Shown here: positions 1 to 13,592 of the stretch, piece by piece
Layout of the letters: the number at the start of each line of letters is the position of its first letter
How positions within the stretch are numbered: the first letter of the stretch is position 1
Assembly (NCBI RefSeq): GCF_030684315.1
Contig: NC_081367.1
Coordinates: 31,850,792-31,914,791 of the forward strand
Direction: 5' to 3'
Length of the DNA: 64,000 nucleotides
Origin: Stegostoma tigrinum
Lineage: Eukaryota
Made by a program: the position numbers and the translations under genes
The notes under the pieces: model-generated
Told to the model about the DNA's origin: nothing
Database searches by the model: none
What the model saw: the letters and a program-made list of their open reading frames with translations, nothing else

Positions 1-341
1 TTATTTCAAATCTATTTCAGATGCATTTGATATCAAATAATCTTAAGTAGTTATAAAAATGATCCATTTTCTCTTTGATATGCAAGTTGTTTCAAGAATC
101 AAGCACCAGGATTTTTAAATTTTGGAGTTGTGGTGTAGATATTTTCTAATCATCTGTTCAGAGATGGTATTGCATGCCTTTGGAGCAGGTGGAACATGAC
201 CAGCTGACCAAAACTAACAATAAAAAGTGATATCAAAATTGGAACCAAGAAGCAGAACTTTATTTTGCTCAAATTTGGTTAAAGATTTACAATTGACTCC
301 ATTCTCAGGTGTATCACTTAATACTGCTGTTCTTTTGTTCT

Positions 342-374
342 CCCCCCCCCCCCACCACCACCACCACCACCACA
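342..374. repeat. poly-C plus (CCA)n microsatellite
   Basis: Read directly from the sequence. Confidence 0.9.
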
Positions 375-2529
375 AAAAAAGTAAGGTCTCCAATATTCAA
401 CATAATTGTTCCTGCAAAACAAAATGACTTGTTTCAGGTAGTGAACAAGGCCCTTGATGGATGCTCAGATTTAGAAAACCAGTCGGATTATTTAAAAAAT
501 AATCCATGGCCATTTAATTTTAAATTAGTTTTTCATATGTGAATTGAATAACCAAAAATATAAGTAGGGGATATTCAAATTCTCTAAATCAATACTATTT
601 CATTTACTGGGTGTTTCATTGTAATCTCCTAACTTCTTTGACTCAGATACTCTTCGCCTATAATCTGCTCTCCAACATTCAAACTAAAGCTTTTGCAGAT
701 TATATTATACCTCAACATTGTTACATATTTGTCTTTTAGGTGTTCTTTGTTTCTTACCTTGCCGTATCGTTCACGTTCACTGTGATATACATGTGGACTC
801 TTTAATTTACTTTTAGCAGCTTAACTCCTGAATAATTCCTTTAAAAAGAGAGGGGATTATATTTGATAAACATTGCTTCAAGAACAATATTTTTAAACAA
901 ATTCCCCATAACTTTTTTAATGTTTCAGTGAAATTTGTGAAATTGTAAGCTTGTGAAATTTTTGCAAATTGGATATCCTCAAAAATTCCTTTAATAATAA
1001 ATTAAATATAACATTCCTATAATTTTATTTATAAAATAATTAATACCATCTAAAAATAATCATACGCAACTATTGTGCATCACCCGTTGATTTAACTTGC
1101 ATTAGTTCCATCTGCACACCATTTCAACAGACTGTCCTTTACTATTTTATTCAATTAAGATTACTAGGAGTTACTTGCTTTATCCTTATAAACATCACAT
1201 GCATGAAGCTATTTAAATTTAAAGAGTGGTATTATACTCAACAATGCATTAAGGGTTGAAATATTGTTATCAGAATAAAGTGGTATAACAATTCAAATGT
1301 GCTCATTAGTTTAATATAGAAAAATGTTCCCTTGAATCCAATATTATTACAATGATGAACACCAATTTATCAATATCTGCCTCTGTTTGAATCTCTGAAA
1401 ATTATAGAGTTTTCCATTGCTACAACTTGACATTCTGAGCTTAATCATCATTGCATTTCTGACTAATGACACGGCAATAAAGTTCCAAATTATTCCAATT
1501 TTACTTAAGCTATTTATTTTTCTAACCTTGCCACAATTAAAAACCAATATCTGAATTATAATATGTCAATATGTTGCTATTTTCTTCCCAAGAATTGCTT
1601 ACTGTCAAATTAACTTGAAAATAATATTCTGGCTTAGGAACCACATTTTAAGTCATATGTCTAAATCTTGAACATTATCTTAAAATGTTTATAGAACTTT
1701 TAACAAGAATTTCGCAAGCTTTAATAAACAACTTCCTCAGAACTATCAAACTTAGAATTTTTCTTTCTTCTGAAGAGCTCATGCTTATCAATTTGAAGAA
1801 GATTGTCTTAGTGCGTACTAGCAGATTGAATATCCTTACCTTAGATTCTCTTCTTGATCATGCGTGTATAAAATCTTCCAGTGCAGTGTGTTATTGACTA
1901 CAGAAACAACCTTAAAGGAGTGACTTTATCTGGCTAATTGTTTTGGAAATACACAGGTCAACTTCTTGACATGTTTTCATTGTATTTTGGAAGACAATTT
2001 TATTATTTCAGTAACCAACAATAAACAGAAGGAATGATCTCCAGCAGGAATGCTTGAATAGATTTCTAATTATTCAGTTTACTTCCAATGAACATCTTGA
2101 TCAAAAACATATCATGATTCAGAGGAAATGTGATAGAATTTGGTGACTTTCAAAATTAGGTCAGCAACCAAATGCTATGTCTCTTTAAAAACAGATTTTA
2201 AATAAAGTATTTGCATAATGTTGTGTTACTAAATTGTACAAAATCCTCACATGGAACAATATCACCATTCCTCATTGTCACTGGTCTAGATTCAGGATCT
2301 CACTCACTAACAGTGCAATGGGTGGGCCTGCACCAGTTTGCTTGCAACAATTCAATAAGATGACTTGGCACCATCTTCACTAGGGCAACTAGAGATGGGT
2401 AGCAAATAATAATCTTGCCAACGATGCCCATGTCACATGAAAAGATAGAAATAATTGAATGAGAAAACTCTTTCTCATTGATAATTTTATTCAGCTAGAT
2501 TTCTTTTTAAAATATGCATTAGTTGGTAA

Positions 2530-3110
2530 AATTATGTTGGTATTAAGATGGGTTTAACTGCCAAATAGAGACATAGAGTACAAAAGCAAGGAAGGTATGA
2601 TAAATCTTCATGAAACATTAGTTTGAATTCATTTGGTACATTGTGCCCATTTCTGAGCAAATCATTGGACAAATGAAGATGTTGGAGACAGTACTGAAAA
2701 TGTTCATATTCCAGAAATTTCCATTACATGGATTGACAGGAAAAGCTCAGGATTTTCTCACTGGAGAAGAAAAGATTAAGAGGCGTTTTGATAGAGACAT
2801 TTGACAGAATAGATAGAGAGAGGCTTTTCTTGCTGGTTGAAGATCAAGAAGCAGAGGACACCAACTAAGATGATTAACTAAAGGAACAGTAACAATATGA
2901 CAAAAATATTATTATGTAGTGATTTGTTTGGACTTGGAATGCATTGCTTGAATATGTGAAGGCAGATTGAATTGTGTCTTTCATCAGAAAATTGAAGGAA
3001 AAAAAGAGGTGTTATAGGTAAATGCAGAGGAGTGTGCTAAGAGGGCTAGCATTGATGCAACATGCCATATGGCCTCCTTCTGCGCTATAACTATTCAATG
3101 ATTCTATAAT
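2530..3110 (+). mobile_element. Decayed CR1 3' region
   Basis: Remnants of IEYKSKE, LFSLEKKRLRG.LIE and WNAL motifs plus the 3' UTR GGCCTCCTTCTGCGCT. Confidence 0.7.
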
Positions 3111-3198
3111 TTCTGATGTACAGCATCTGGTTTATCAAATTCTAACTGAAGAACATTTGAAAATATTAGAATGTTTATTAAAGTTAATCCAAGAAATG

Positions 3199-3452
3199 GA
3201 TAACAAAGTGTGGAGCTGGATGAACACAGCAGGCCAAGCAGCATTGCAGGAGCATAAAAGCTGAAGTTTCGGGCCCAGACCCTTCATCAGAAAAGGGGGA
3301 TGGGGTGAGGATTTCTGAAATAAATACCGAGAGGGGGGAGGCGGACCGAGGATGGATAGAGGAGAAGATAGGTTGCAACAAGAGAGTTGTAGTGGGAGAG
3401 AGATCCCCTGAGGTTGGTCCGGAGGGAGGAGGGTAACTTCTTCAGGTTAGGC
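3199..3452 (-). mobile_element. Penelope-like pLTR fragment with hammerhead motif (3263-3290)
   Basis: Reverse complement reads CTGATGAAGGGTCTGGGCCCGAAACTTC followed by the family 3' end TGCTTGGCCTGCTGTGTTCATCCAGC. Confidence 0.85.
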
Positions 3453-3627
3453 CTTTAAAATAGTTATGGAAAAGGATAAGCCTTCCATAAAATTTAAAGT
3501 TCTTAATTGAAGTAAGACAAATTTTAATGGTATGAGACAAGAATTGTCAAAAGTTGATTGGATTAGACTACTTGCACGTAAAGGGATGACTGAAAAGTGG
3601 GAGGCTTTCAAAAGTGTGATAACAAGA

Positions 3628-3897
3628 ACATGGAACATAGAACATAGGACATTACAGCACAGTACAGGCCCTTCGGCCCTCGATGTTGTGCCAACCTGTC
3701 ATACCGATCTGAAGCCCATCTAACCTACACTATTCCATGTACGTCCATATGCTTATCCAATGACGACTTAAATGTACCTAAAGTTGGCGAATCTACTACC
3801 GTTGCAGGCAAAGCGTTCCATTCCCTTACTACTCTCTGAGTTAAGAAACCACCTCTGACATCTGTCCTATATCTTTCACCCCTCAATTTAAAGCTAT
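3628..3897 (-). mobile_element. CR1 3'-end fragment, same subfamily as 27193-29474, inserted into an older + strand CR1 remnant (about 3455-4020)
   Basis: Nearly identical to 27193-27450; ORF 3725..3967 ...[14 protein letters not shown]...LDKHMD. Confidence 0.9.
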
Positions 3898-4793
3898 AAA
3901 GTTGAGAGTTCAGAGACATTATGTTCCTGTTAATGTGAAGGGTAAGACTGGTAACAACTGGGAACAATGGATGACTAAAGATATTGAGCTTCCAATTAAG
4001 AATAAGGAAGAATCACCTTCATTAAATTTGGCCTCTTAGTTTTCAACTGTCCTCTGAAATCAATCCAAGTGGGCCACTCAATTCTATCAAGCCATTAGAG
4101 TTAAACTGGAAAGGAATAGAATTGGATGGCCCTTCCAGCACCGACCTAGGACCACACCTGACAAAGGCACACCCAGCTCAGATAACCCTGAAAAGTACAT
4201 GTCAATAATTCCGTAAGTTCTGGGTGATCTGGTCAAGCAACAGCCTGACATAGTCCCATTCACAGAGTAATTCCAAACTCCTCCTGTACTATCCTTGGGT
4301 ATGTCAGAAGAACAACTCCTCAAAAATGTTAGCACGGTAATATTTCTACACATTAGTGAGGGAATGGCCCAAGGGAATTATCAAGATCCTTGATCAAGCA
4401 TCAGGTCAAACATTGTCAGGAAAAACCTACTGCTGATTACCAGCTACTGCCCTCTCTCAGCTGATTATCAGGAGTCTTCTCTGTTGAACACAACTTGGAA
4501 GAAGCATTGAGGTTAATAAAGACACAAAATGTAGACTGGATGTGGAGGAAATCAATGTCCATTATCAAGGCTGATTTGGTAGTCCCATTATTGACTGAAT
4601 CATGAAAGACATCTCTGCTGGACTAGACCTGCCGGTGGTGAGAGAGTCAAAGGAGGGAGAGATCCGGTTGACCTCATCTTCACCAAATATTTTGATATAG
4701 ATACTTCTGGATGTGATTTGATGGTAGGCATGATCACAGTAAAATCTTTGCAGAGATGAAGTCTTGTCTTCAAATGAAGTCACTGTTTTATAA

Positions 4794-5600
4794 CAGTGGT
4801 TCCCAAACTTTTCAGTATCAAGGCACATTTCAATGAAGCAAAAAAAAATCCATGACACACACTTTTTTTCAGTTGAATTGATTGCTCATAGATGATACAT
4901 TTACTTGCATTTATAATGGCTACAGCCTTGCTAAAGAGGTTTGTGACACAGTGCTAAAGCAAGATCAAAAGGATTACTGGCAAAAATACACTATCCTATC
5001 AACAAACGGAACACTGCCCTTATATTTGTGGACTTGTCAATCAGCAAATGTAACTTCTCACTAGTAGCCAACTTCACTCGCAACACTTCCTTGATATTAG
5101 TTCTCAGGGTTTTCTCATATCATGCTGTCGTTTGCTATTTGACTGTATTATCAAAGAGTGGAATTTTATTGGTGACTTTGCACCTTCAGCTCCTGCCGAC
5201 ACACCTCCGATTTTTTTTCACATGTAAGTACATTAAAGCTTCGGCAATAGTATGAGGCTTCTTTGATTTGCTACAAACTCAGCCATCAAGTCACTGGACT
5301 CTTGAGCTTTATTTGATACCTGTGCACATTCCATCAGATTTTGGTTCGACTTTGTTTTGCTCTCTCAAGATCTTGAAATACTGAATGTGTTTGTTCACAC
5401 AGCCAGACGTTTCATCTTTAAAGGGTGTCTTAACTTACCTGGTACCATCTAAGTGTTGGCCAACATCTCTCTGCAGATGTGACGTTCAGAAAAAGGGCAA
5501 GCAACACCTCCTGTTCAAGAAAATCCCAAAGCCAGGTAACTATCATCTGAGAGTCTCTCAGCAGTTCTTGCTTTTTATTCTTTGGGTACAGATGTTTCAT
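4794..5600 (-). mobile_element. hAT-Charlie/Buster-type DNA transposon fossil
   Basis: Minus strand DDSYLALGFS*TGGVACP...ICREMLANT*MVPGKLRH (BED-finger region), KSKKPHTIAEA, IPLFDNTVK, IDKSTNI; Charlie-type TIR CAGTGGTTCCCAAACT at 4794; the other end was not found. Confidence 0.75.
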
Positions 5601-6397
5601 CAACTGAACTGACAGAGGAAGTGCATCCTTCATCAAGAAATATATTCATCTTAAAATCTAAGATTTAGATGAGGGGAATAACTAAAAAAAAAATCCAAAA
5701 AATATTCACTTTAAGTCCATGCTAACTTGGAAACACGTCAAGGCTGGCGAGTTCAACAGTCATTTGAATTGAACTCCTTTTTATTGTGCTTAAGCAGTTT
5801 CTTCTCATGAAGAATGCTTGGCCCCACGCATGTGTTAAGGTAAACCGAATGAGAACCTTTGTTGTCTGATGCTACCTCCGTACCACAGATTTGGTAGCTC
5901 AAACCTGTCATCCATGAAAAGCTGTAGGCCATCAACAGAAGCTACTGAACTCAATTTAGCCCTGTATTTGAACCCAATCTGTAGCCTCATGGAATAGTGT
6001 TTCCCTCAAGCTGGCGTTAGCATCAAGTCATGGGGCTAACCCCACTTCAATGAGGAGAGTTGGGGGCTGCCAGGAACATCAACAGACATTCAAAAAATGC
6101 AATGAAACTCAGTGAATGTACAACACAGGACTATATGAATGCTAAGCATTGGAAGTGGGTTTTTGTAGAAAGTTTAAGTGATCACACAATAATAGATCAG
6201 ATCACAACTATACAATCCTGCCACATCCTGTCATAACTAGCAGTGGACTATTGAATAACTAACTAGAGGAAGAGCACACCAGCAAATATAACTTCTGAAG
6301 CATTTGCAACTCTCTTCGTTGAAATGTACTGAGTGGGTGATACATCTTGGTTTCATTTTGGCTGGGGTCACAAGTCAATGTTAAGGATTCCGACAGC

Positions 6398-6640
6398 AAC
6401 TCCACACAGACAGTCACCCAAGGGTATGGAGTTTACACTTTCTCCAGTGTCTGAGTGGGTTTTCTCTGGGTGCTCTAGTTTACTCCCACACTCCAAAGAT
6501 GTGCAGGTTAGATGGGTTTTCCATGCTAAATTGCAGAGATATGCACACTAGGTGGGTTAGCCATTGGAAATACAGGGTTACAGGGGCAGAGTAGGAGGTG
6601 GGTCTGGTCTGGCTATTCTTCGGAGGGTCAGTTTGTTGGG
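6398..6640. mobile_element. Rearranged partial HE1-like SINE
   Basis: SINE core on + from about 6425, preceded by a short inverted piece of the same SINE (CAACTCCACACAGACAGTCACCCAAG). Confidence 0.7.
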
Positions 6641-8261
6641 AAAGAAAATATAACTTTGTTTGTTGTTTATGGGTGGCGGCTAACTAAAATTTGCACCTAA
6701 CCACAGTTTCAACAAAATCTCCAAAGGAAGAGCAGTTGGTCTTTATTAAGAAGTGCCTGAAACTGGATGCTCATTAATTGAGCCAGGAGACCTTTTGTTT
6801 GAGGAGCATTCAAGTGAACAGTCTCACAAAGTGCACTGTTCATATATTAAAATTCAAGGTAATCAAACAAAAAGCGATTTGCCAAGAACTTCAGGTAGCT
6901 ATAGTCAATCTATGGGCACGCCTCAAGGCTATGGTTTACCATCTTCAGTAATGAGACTGATCTACCCTGTTCTTTCCTTCCACAGCACCAACAGTATGTG
7001 CGTGCTGCTATGTTGAAAAGAAAGGAGAAAGTGGTACACGATCATGATCGATGAGTGTACAGACAGTCATCCCAACTTCAACCAGAACAAAACATTAAGG
7101 TCTGAACACATGGGATTGTGAAAAGATACTACAGGTGAAATTTTCACAACTTTTGAACAGCATGGGTGATGGTGATAAATTTTGGAAAATGCAGTGAGAG
7201 TAGAACAAATCTGATTCTCAACATCCGGGAGAGAAAACTTCATTTTTCTCATTAGGGTTTAAATGGCTAGAGATATATGATGCTCCAGTACAAGGATCCT
7301 TGCTTTTGGTCATTCCCTGATCAGGGCAATGGAGTCAGTGTTGCATGTTTAATCAGTTAGTTATTTATGTCGTGTAATAGTCAGTAAGTACAAAATCCTG
7401 ACTACTTTGTAAGTCTGAAGTATCATTTCACTCTAAGTCGTTAGTTTAATAAACTTAATGGCATCTGTCTCAACAAAAACTCAGCATTTGTGGAATATGT
7501 TAGATGAGCTAACATTTATGGAAGCACCCAGGCCACCTCCTTATTGGCAGTGATGTTTGGCCCAAGAAATTACTTAACTCTTCACAGTAGTTTTTGCCTG
7601 ATGGCAAGGCACTCACAGAGAGGGTCAACACAAGTAGTGTCAGAGGAATGCTGGGGTGCAGCACTTACACAGGGTTTGGCACATACAGGAATAAGACGAG
7701 GCAGTGAAATAAGTAGGAGACTTAATTTACTCAATAGAATACCTTTTCTCAACAGCAACAGTCCTGAGGGCTAGTCATGATGAATACTAGGAGAGATGGC
7801 ATTATATGTGAAAGTGCGAAGGTAGATGAGTGTTTGACATGGTTTAGCATGAGTTGGCACTAGGTTTTCAAAGGGCTATAAATGGTTGGAAGAGAGTAAA
7901 GGAGCATAGAGGGTGTGGGATATATAGGTCATGCACATGGCTTCGGTTGGCATGGAGGTTGATTACAACCATGGGGTTAAGCGCACAGGAATAGCTTTGC
8001 ATGGAGACTCTAAGGAAGATGATGGGTGGATACTGGGAATAGATTGGCAGATATGAGGGGAGTTAAAAGGCATTGGGTGGCAGATGTTGAAATGGTTAGG
8101 GATGGAGAATGTGAGGTGTTGAAGAGGGTGATGGAGGATGAACGCTGGAGGATGTTTTATGTGATCATTTTTACTTCTAATCTTAAAACACGATCATAAA
8201 TCCCGGAGAAGCAAGCTTTCTAGTCCTCCTACCTCTGCACCTGACATCTTAAACATATTTT

Positions 8262-9229
8262 CGCATCATCCTCCAACACGTCCGCCATCTGCAATCCGAC
8301 CCCACCACCAAAGACATTTTTCCCTCCCCACCCTTGTCTGCTTTCCGGAGGGACCACTCTCTCCATGACTCCCTTGTCTGCTCCACACTCCCCTCCAGCC
8401 CCACCTCACCCGGCACCTTTCCCAGCAACCACAGGAACTGCTACACCTCCCCCCATACCTATTCCCTCATCCCCATCCCAGGCCCAAAGAAGACTTTCCA
8501 CATCAAGCAGATGTTCACCTGCACATCTGCTAATGTGGTGTACAGTATCCGCTGTTCCTGTTGTGGCCTCCTCTACATTGGGGAAACCAAGCGGAGGCTT
8601 GGGGACCACTTTGCAGAACACCTACGCTCAGTACGCAATAAACAACTGCACTTCCCAGTTGCAAACCATTTCAACTGCCCCTCCCATTCCTCAGATGACA
8701 TGTCCATCCTGAGTCTCCTGCAGTGCCACAATGATGCCACCCGAAGGTCACAACTCATATTCTGCTTGCGAACTCTGCAGCCCAATGGTATCAATGTGGA
8801 TTTCATAATCTCCCCTCCCCCTACCACATCCTAAAACCAGCCCAGCTCACCCCCACCTCCCTAACCTGTTCTTCCTCTCACTTATCCCTTCCTCCCACCT
8901 CAAGCCACAGCCCCATTTCCTGCCCACTAACCTCGTCCCGCCTCCTTGACCTATCCATCCCACCTGGGCTGACCTATTTCCTCCCTACCTCCCCACCTAC
9001 ACTCACCTTTACTGGCTCCATCCCTGCCTCTCTGGCTTGTCTGTCTCCTGTCCACCTATCTTCTCCTCTATCCATCTTCGATCCAACTCCCCTTCTCTCC
9101 CTATTTATTTCTAAACCCCATTGCCCTCCCTCACATCAGATGAAGGCCCTAGGCCCAAAACATCAACTTTCCTGCTCCTAAGATGCTGCTTGGCTGTTGT
9201 GTTCATCCAGCTCTACACCTTGTTATCTG
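8262..9229 (+). mobile_element. Penelope-like element, older 5'-truncated copy (GIY-YIG plus pLTR)
   Basis: ORF 8334..8834 NVVYSIRCSCCGLLYIGETKRRLGDHFAEH; collinear with the 47.7-kb copy; hammerhead degenerate (CAGATGA...CAAAACATC at about 9137-9164). Confidence 0.9.
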
Positions 9230-9710
9230 GTATTCTCATCCCTGTACCAAATTTATTTTTAATGGTCAGTTTCATTGACCAGAGATTGTTCATAGCTGGA
9301 CTAGTCACATAAATACTGTACTGCGTCTACAGGAGCCTGTCCGTATTTTGTGGTGAGTAATTCACCTCCTGACTGCCTATAGGCTATCCACCATTTACAA
9401 GGGAGAGGAGTGTGATGGAATACCATTTACCTGCTTAAATGATACAGCTCCAACAATTCTCAAGCATCCAAGACAATGCAGCCATTTTGATTGGTTGCCA
9501 GTTTCCCTCCACCATTGACTGACAGTAGCAAGAAAGTCACCATCTGCAGATGCACTGCAGTAGCTTGCCAAACCTCCTTCAATGGCATCTTTCAGACACG
9601 TGACTCCTGCCACCTAGAACAACAAATTCAGCAGGCACATGGGCATTCAACCATTACCAAGTTTAGCCCCAAGTCACATCTCATTCTGATCTGGAACCAT
9701 ATGGCCATTC

Positions 9711-9799
9711 ATCCTGAGACGCTGCTTGGCCTGCTGTGTTCATCCAGCTCCACACTTTGTCATCTCAGATTTTCCAGCATCTGCCATTCCCATTATCTC
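9711..9799 (+). mobile_element. 89-bp Penelope-like 3'-terminal fragment
   Basis: Matches the last about 90 nt of the 47.7-kb copy; TGGCCATTC repeated at 9702-9710 and 9800-9808. Confidence 0.88.
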
Positions 9800-11788
9800 T
9801 GGCCATTCCTCCCTCTTCACTGGGTCAAAATTCTGATAATCCCCAATCACCATCACGATGTGAACAAAATAGGCTGCAACAGTTCAAGAAGGCAGTCCAC
9901 TGTTGCTTTCTGCAGGGCCATTTCAGGTAGGCAATAAATGTTAACCTTGTCAATGAAGTCCATATCTCACCAGCGAAACAAAATGATGGAACAACATTTG
10001 TAAATTGTCCCAAAATTGAACTGAAAGTTTAAAATGCAGCTTTGAATCATCAACATTATAGCTTAAAATTTCTTGGAATTACATTTGGAAAACTTAAGAA
10101 AATTGATATTTTTAATCAAATACAATCACAATCAATATATAAGATGTTGATTTGTCTGTAACAGCAACTTTTAAAAGGCATTTTCTACTATAGTTGTTCA
10201 AATTTATAATGGTTCTTGTGCATGATACACAATCACCTATGCCGCCCTACTCTGAATGTGAATTTATCATTCTGGGGAACATAAATCCTTCAGACTTGGC
10301 ATCGATATCCATTAATTGAACTATAGGAACACTTATTTATCTCGAATATCATGCACATGAGTTTTTTTACAACACTGAAAGCTTGCATACATTTAAACTG
10401 ACGCTCTCCTTTGCTGTCTATTGTTATAAATATTGGTTTTCTTCATTAGCAGTTTTTTTTTAATCCCACCTTCATCTGACATGCAACCTAATTCGCATCC
10501 TGATCCTTATCTCATGTGTCTGTCACTTTAGCTTTGGGATGTTACCAGGTAACAGACCAGTTTGGCCAGTTCTCGAGTCCTTTGTCTTTCTCATGGATTC
10601 AGATCAATTTAAAGACTTTACTCAATGCACTGAAGCTCATGCTGCCAACAAGCAGACTGTAAGATAGACACAACATGTCAGAAAGGTAAGACCTATAAAA
10701 TAGTCTGTTTAACAGACAACTTGCAGCCAGACCACATTGGGTTAGACAAAAATATCTTTTACATAAAGCTGTCAAAAGTAAAAATTAACATTGTGCTTAA
10801 TTTGTTAGTTGAAATAATTGTAAGTTGTAAGTTTGTGGAAATACCAACTTGTATACAGCTTGTAAGATATGTATATAATAGTATTATGTTACACAAATGT
10901 GATCCTGTTTCTCATTAAAGAAGTATGTCTACTTCATGGCTCAATTACATCTGCTCATGTATCCGGTTACTAAGGCTGCCTTAAGAGCAAAATTGGGGAT
11001 TAGTTGTAACCTTATCTTAAAAAAAAACTTCTAACCTACAGTGCACAAACCACTGCCTTGGGGGTATCAGGAATATCATTTTAGATTATGTGCATAGACC
11101 AAACCTACAATTTTCCCATTACTGCGTTAATTTTGTTCTCAATGATGCACAGTTGTATGATGGCCATTTTTTGAAATCATCTTGTTTCAGGCTAAGCCAG
11201 TGACTAGCGAGTGGAATCAGTGGTGATGGAATGAGATTTGTGGACGGAGTGTTCAATCAAAGACAATCAGTCTTTTCAATTGGAGGAATTTGAGTCTCCC
11301 CAGGAAGAGAGAGCAGAGACAATGGAGGGGTTAATATAGGTTAAAAAGAAAAGCAGTAGAGCAGGATGGAGAGAGATCAAGGTGGACAAGAAAAAAAAGT
11401 GTAGTGTATCATCATGACTAGACTAAAATATGGTATTACTTATGACTCTACTTAGGGCTTATTTCAGTGCTGTGGAAACCTGTTTTCAGCGTGACATTTG
11501 GAGACCAACATGTTGATGAAGTTTTGCGGAAAAAAAAGGAGGTTGAAAATGGGGTGGTACTTCGCAACCAGACAGAGAGGCATCGAGCATGGTTTTAATT
11601 CAGGAGGGAAACAATGGCAGAAATTTGAAAATAATAGTGCCAGTTGAAAATGAAATGTGTACAATGTTGGTTACCAAGCATACTATGATGGGATAATGGG
11701 AACTGCAGATGCTGGAGAATCCAAGATAATAAAATGTGAGGCTGGATGAACACAGCAGGCCAAGCAGCATCTCAGGAGCACAAAAGCT

Positions 11789-11816
11789 GACGTTTCGGGC
11801 CTAGACCCTTCATCAG
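11789..11816 (-). ncRNA. Minimal hammerhead ribozyme motif (intact core), left arm of the palindrome
   Basis: Reverse complement reads CTGATGAAGGGTCTAGGCCCGAAACGTC. Confidence 0.78.
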
Positions 11817-12549
11817 AGAGGGGGATGGGGTGAGGGTTCTGGAATAAATAGGGAGAGAGGGGGAGGCGGACCGAAGATGGAGAGAAAAGAAGATAGGTGG
11901 AGAGAGTATAGGTGGGAGGTAGGGAGGGGATAGGTCAGTCCAGGGAAGACGGACAGGTCAAGGGGGTGGGATGAGGTTAGTAGGTAGATGGGGGTGTGGC
12001 TTGGGGTGGGAGGAAGGGATGGGTGAGAGGAAGAACAGGTTAGGGAGGCAGAGACAGGTTGGACTGGTTTTGGGATGCAGTGGGTGGAGGGGAAGAATTG
12101 GGCTGGTTGTGTGGTGCAGTGGGGGGAGGGGACGAACTGGGCTGGTTTAGGGATGCGGTGGGGGAAGGGGAGATTTTGAAACTGTTTCAAAATCTCCCCT
12201 TCCCCCACCGCATCCCTAAACCAGCCCAGTTCGTCCCCTCCCCCAACTGCACCACACAACCAGCCCAATTCTTCCCCTCCACCCACTGCATCCCAAAACC
12301 AGTCCAACCTGTCTCTGCCTCCCTAACCTGTTCTTCCTCTCACCCATCCCTTCCTCCCACCCCAAGCCACACCCCCATCTACCTACTAACCTCATCCCAC
12401 CCCCTTGACCTGTCTGTCTTCCCTGGACTCACCTATCCCCTCCCTACCTCCCACCTATACTCTCTCCACCTATCTTCTTTTCTCTCCATCTTCGGTCCGC
12501 CTCCCCCTCTCTCCCTATTTATTCCAGAACCCTCACCCCATCCCCCTCT

Positions 12550-12577
12550 CTGATGAAGGGTCTAGGCCCGAAACATC
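12550..12577 (+). ncRNA. Minimal hammerhead ribozyme motif, right arm of the palindrome (GAAACATC variant)
   Basis: CTGATGAAGGGTCTAGGCCCGAAACATC; a CpG-type transition breaks the ACGT palindrome. Confidence 0.65.
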
Positions 12578-13592
12578 AGCTTTTGTGCTCCTGAGATGCT
12601 GCTTGGCCTGCTGTGTTCATCCAGCCTCACATTTTATTATACTATGATGGGAGTTGACAGGGAATTAAAATGAGTGAGCATAGAATGCGTCTTCTGGACA
12701 ACATAAGCTGAGAACAGATGAGGGAAGAGAAATTTAAAAAAGAGCTTGGGCAGGGAAAATCCACAGGAAAGGTTTAGCCTAGCGAACAAGGGAAATGGGT
12801 GGGATACAGCAGGACTAGTTGAATGATAATGAAATCCATGAGCTCTTCACATAGACCAGAGATGGGAATGGAGAGGCTGGGAAAGAGAAGTTGAAGAAGA
12901 TGCATGATAATTGAGCAAAGCAGACACAATACTTCTTTTGCATTCCAGGAGGACTCAGAAATACAGAGCAATTTTAACAGAGATCATTCGTGCTTGAATT
13001 ACAAAACAGCATCACTTCAATTGGGTCTTATGGTGCAGAGTTGCACAGTCCTGAACAGAGGTGACCAATGAAATCCAGGAAGTTAGATTTAGTACAGTTC
13101 ATGCTAAATTGTCAACCTTTTGTTGTGTGGGTTTACAAAATATGGCATTTCACAATTCAAAGACCCTTTGGATACTTTTGTCAAGATTATAGTGCCATGA
13201 CTTCTCTTAACATTGATCGGAATGGGTGAGACAGCTTAATGTTTCATCATTCAAAATCCATCCATTTACACAGGGTTAAAATCACACCTATTATAGCCTG
13301 ATTATCTTTAGAATACAGTTCTTCGCAAGGTGAATTAAATAATTCTGAATTTTGTCAGGTACGTAAGTAGAATCAAATACGTTGAAAGTAATTATCAACT
13401 ATAAGCCTTTAACAAACTGTTATTGTATTTCAAGTTCTTCAGGTGTCAATATAAGCTCTGGCAGCTTACCTAAAACGCAATCTTCACCGTGGTTAATCGT
13501 GACCGAACCATGCATTTCACTGCCAGTCACCTGCCGAAGCAAAGAAAGTTCAAAACAAAACCATGATTCAGGAATATTGTCTCCTGTGAGTA

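Larger units (their letters stand above)
11694..12638. mobile_element. Penelope-like insertion made of two head-to-head pLTR copies (palindrome)
   Basis: Arms 11726-12182 and 12184-12640 are reverse complements about centre 12183; ATACTATGATGGGA repeated at 11680-11693 and 12639-12652. Confidence 0.95.

Noticed and set aside
227-542. Poly-His and poly-Thr ORFs
   Set aside because: Translations of the (CCA)n microsatellite.
5439-5510. Exon-like segment as a host coding exon
   Set aside because: Another frame is clearly decayed hAT transposase.
10532-10690. + strand segment with an ATG and GTAAGA donors as first exon of the LRR gene
   Set aside because: Donor phases (0 or 2) do not match the phase-1 start of the 33853 exon; no homology support.
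11813-12553. Two mirror-image 164-aa ORFs
   Set aside because: By-product of the palindrome; low-complexity translation of pLTR sequence.
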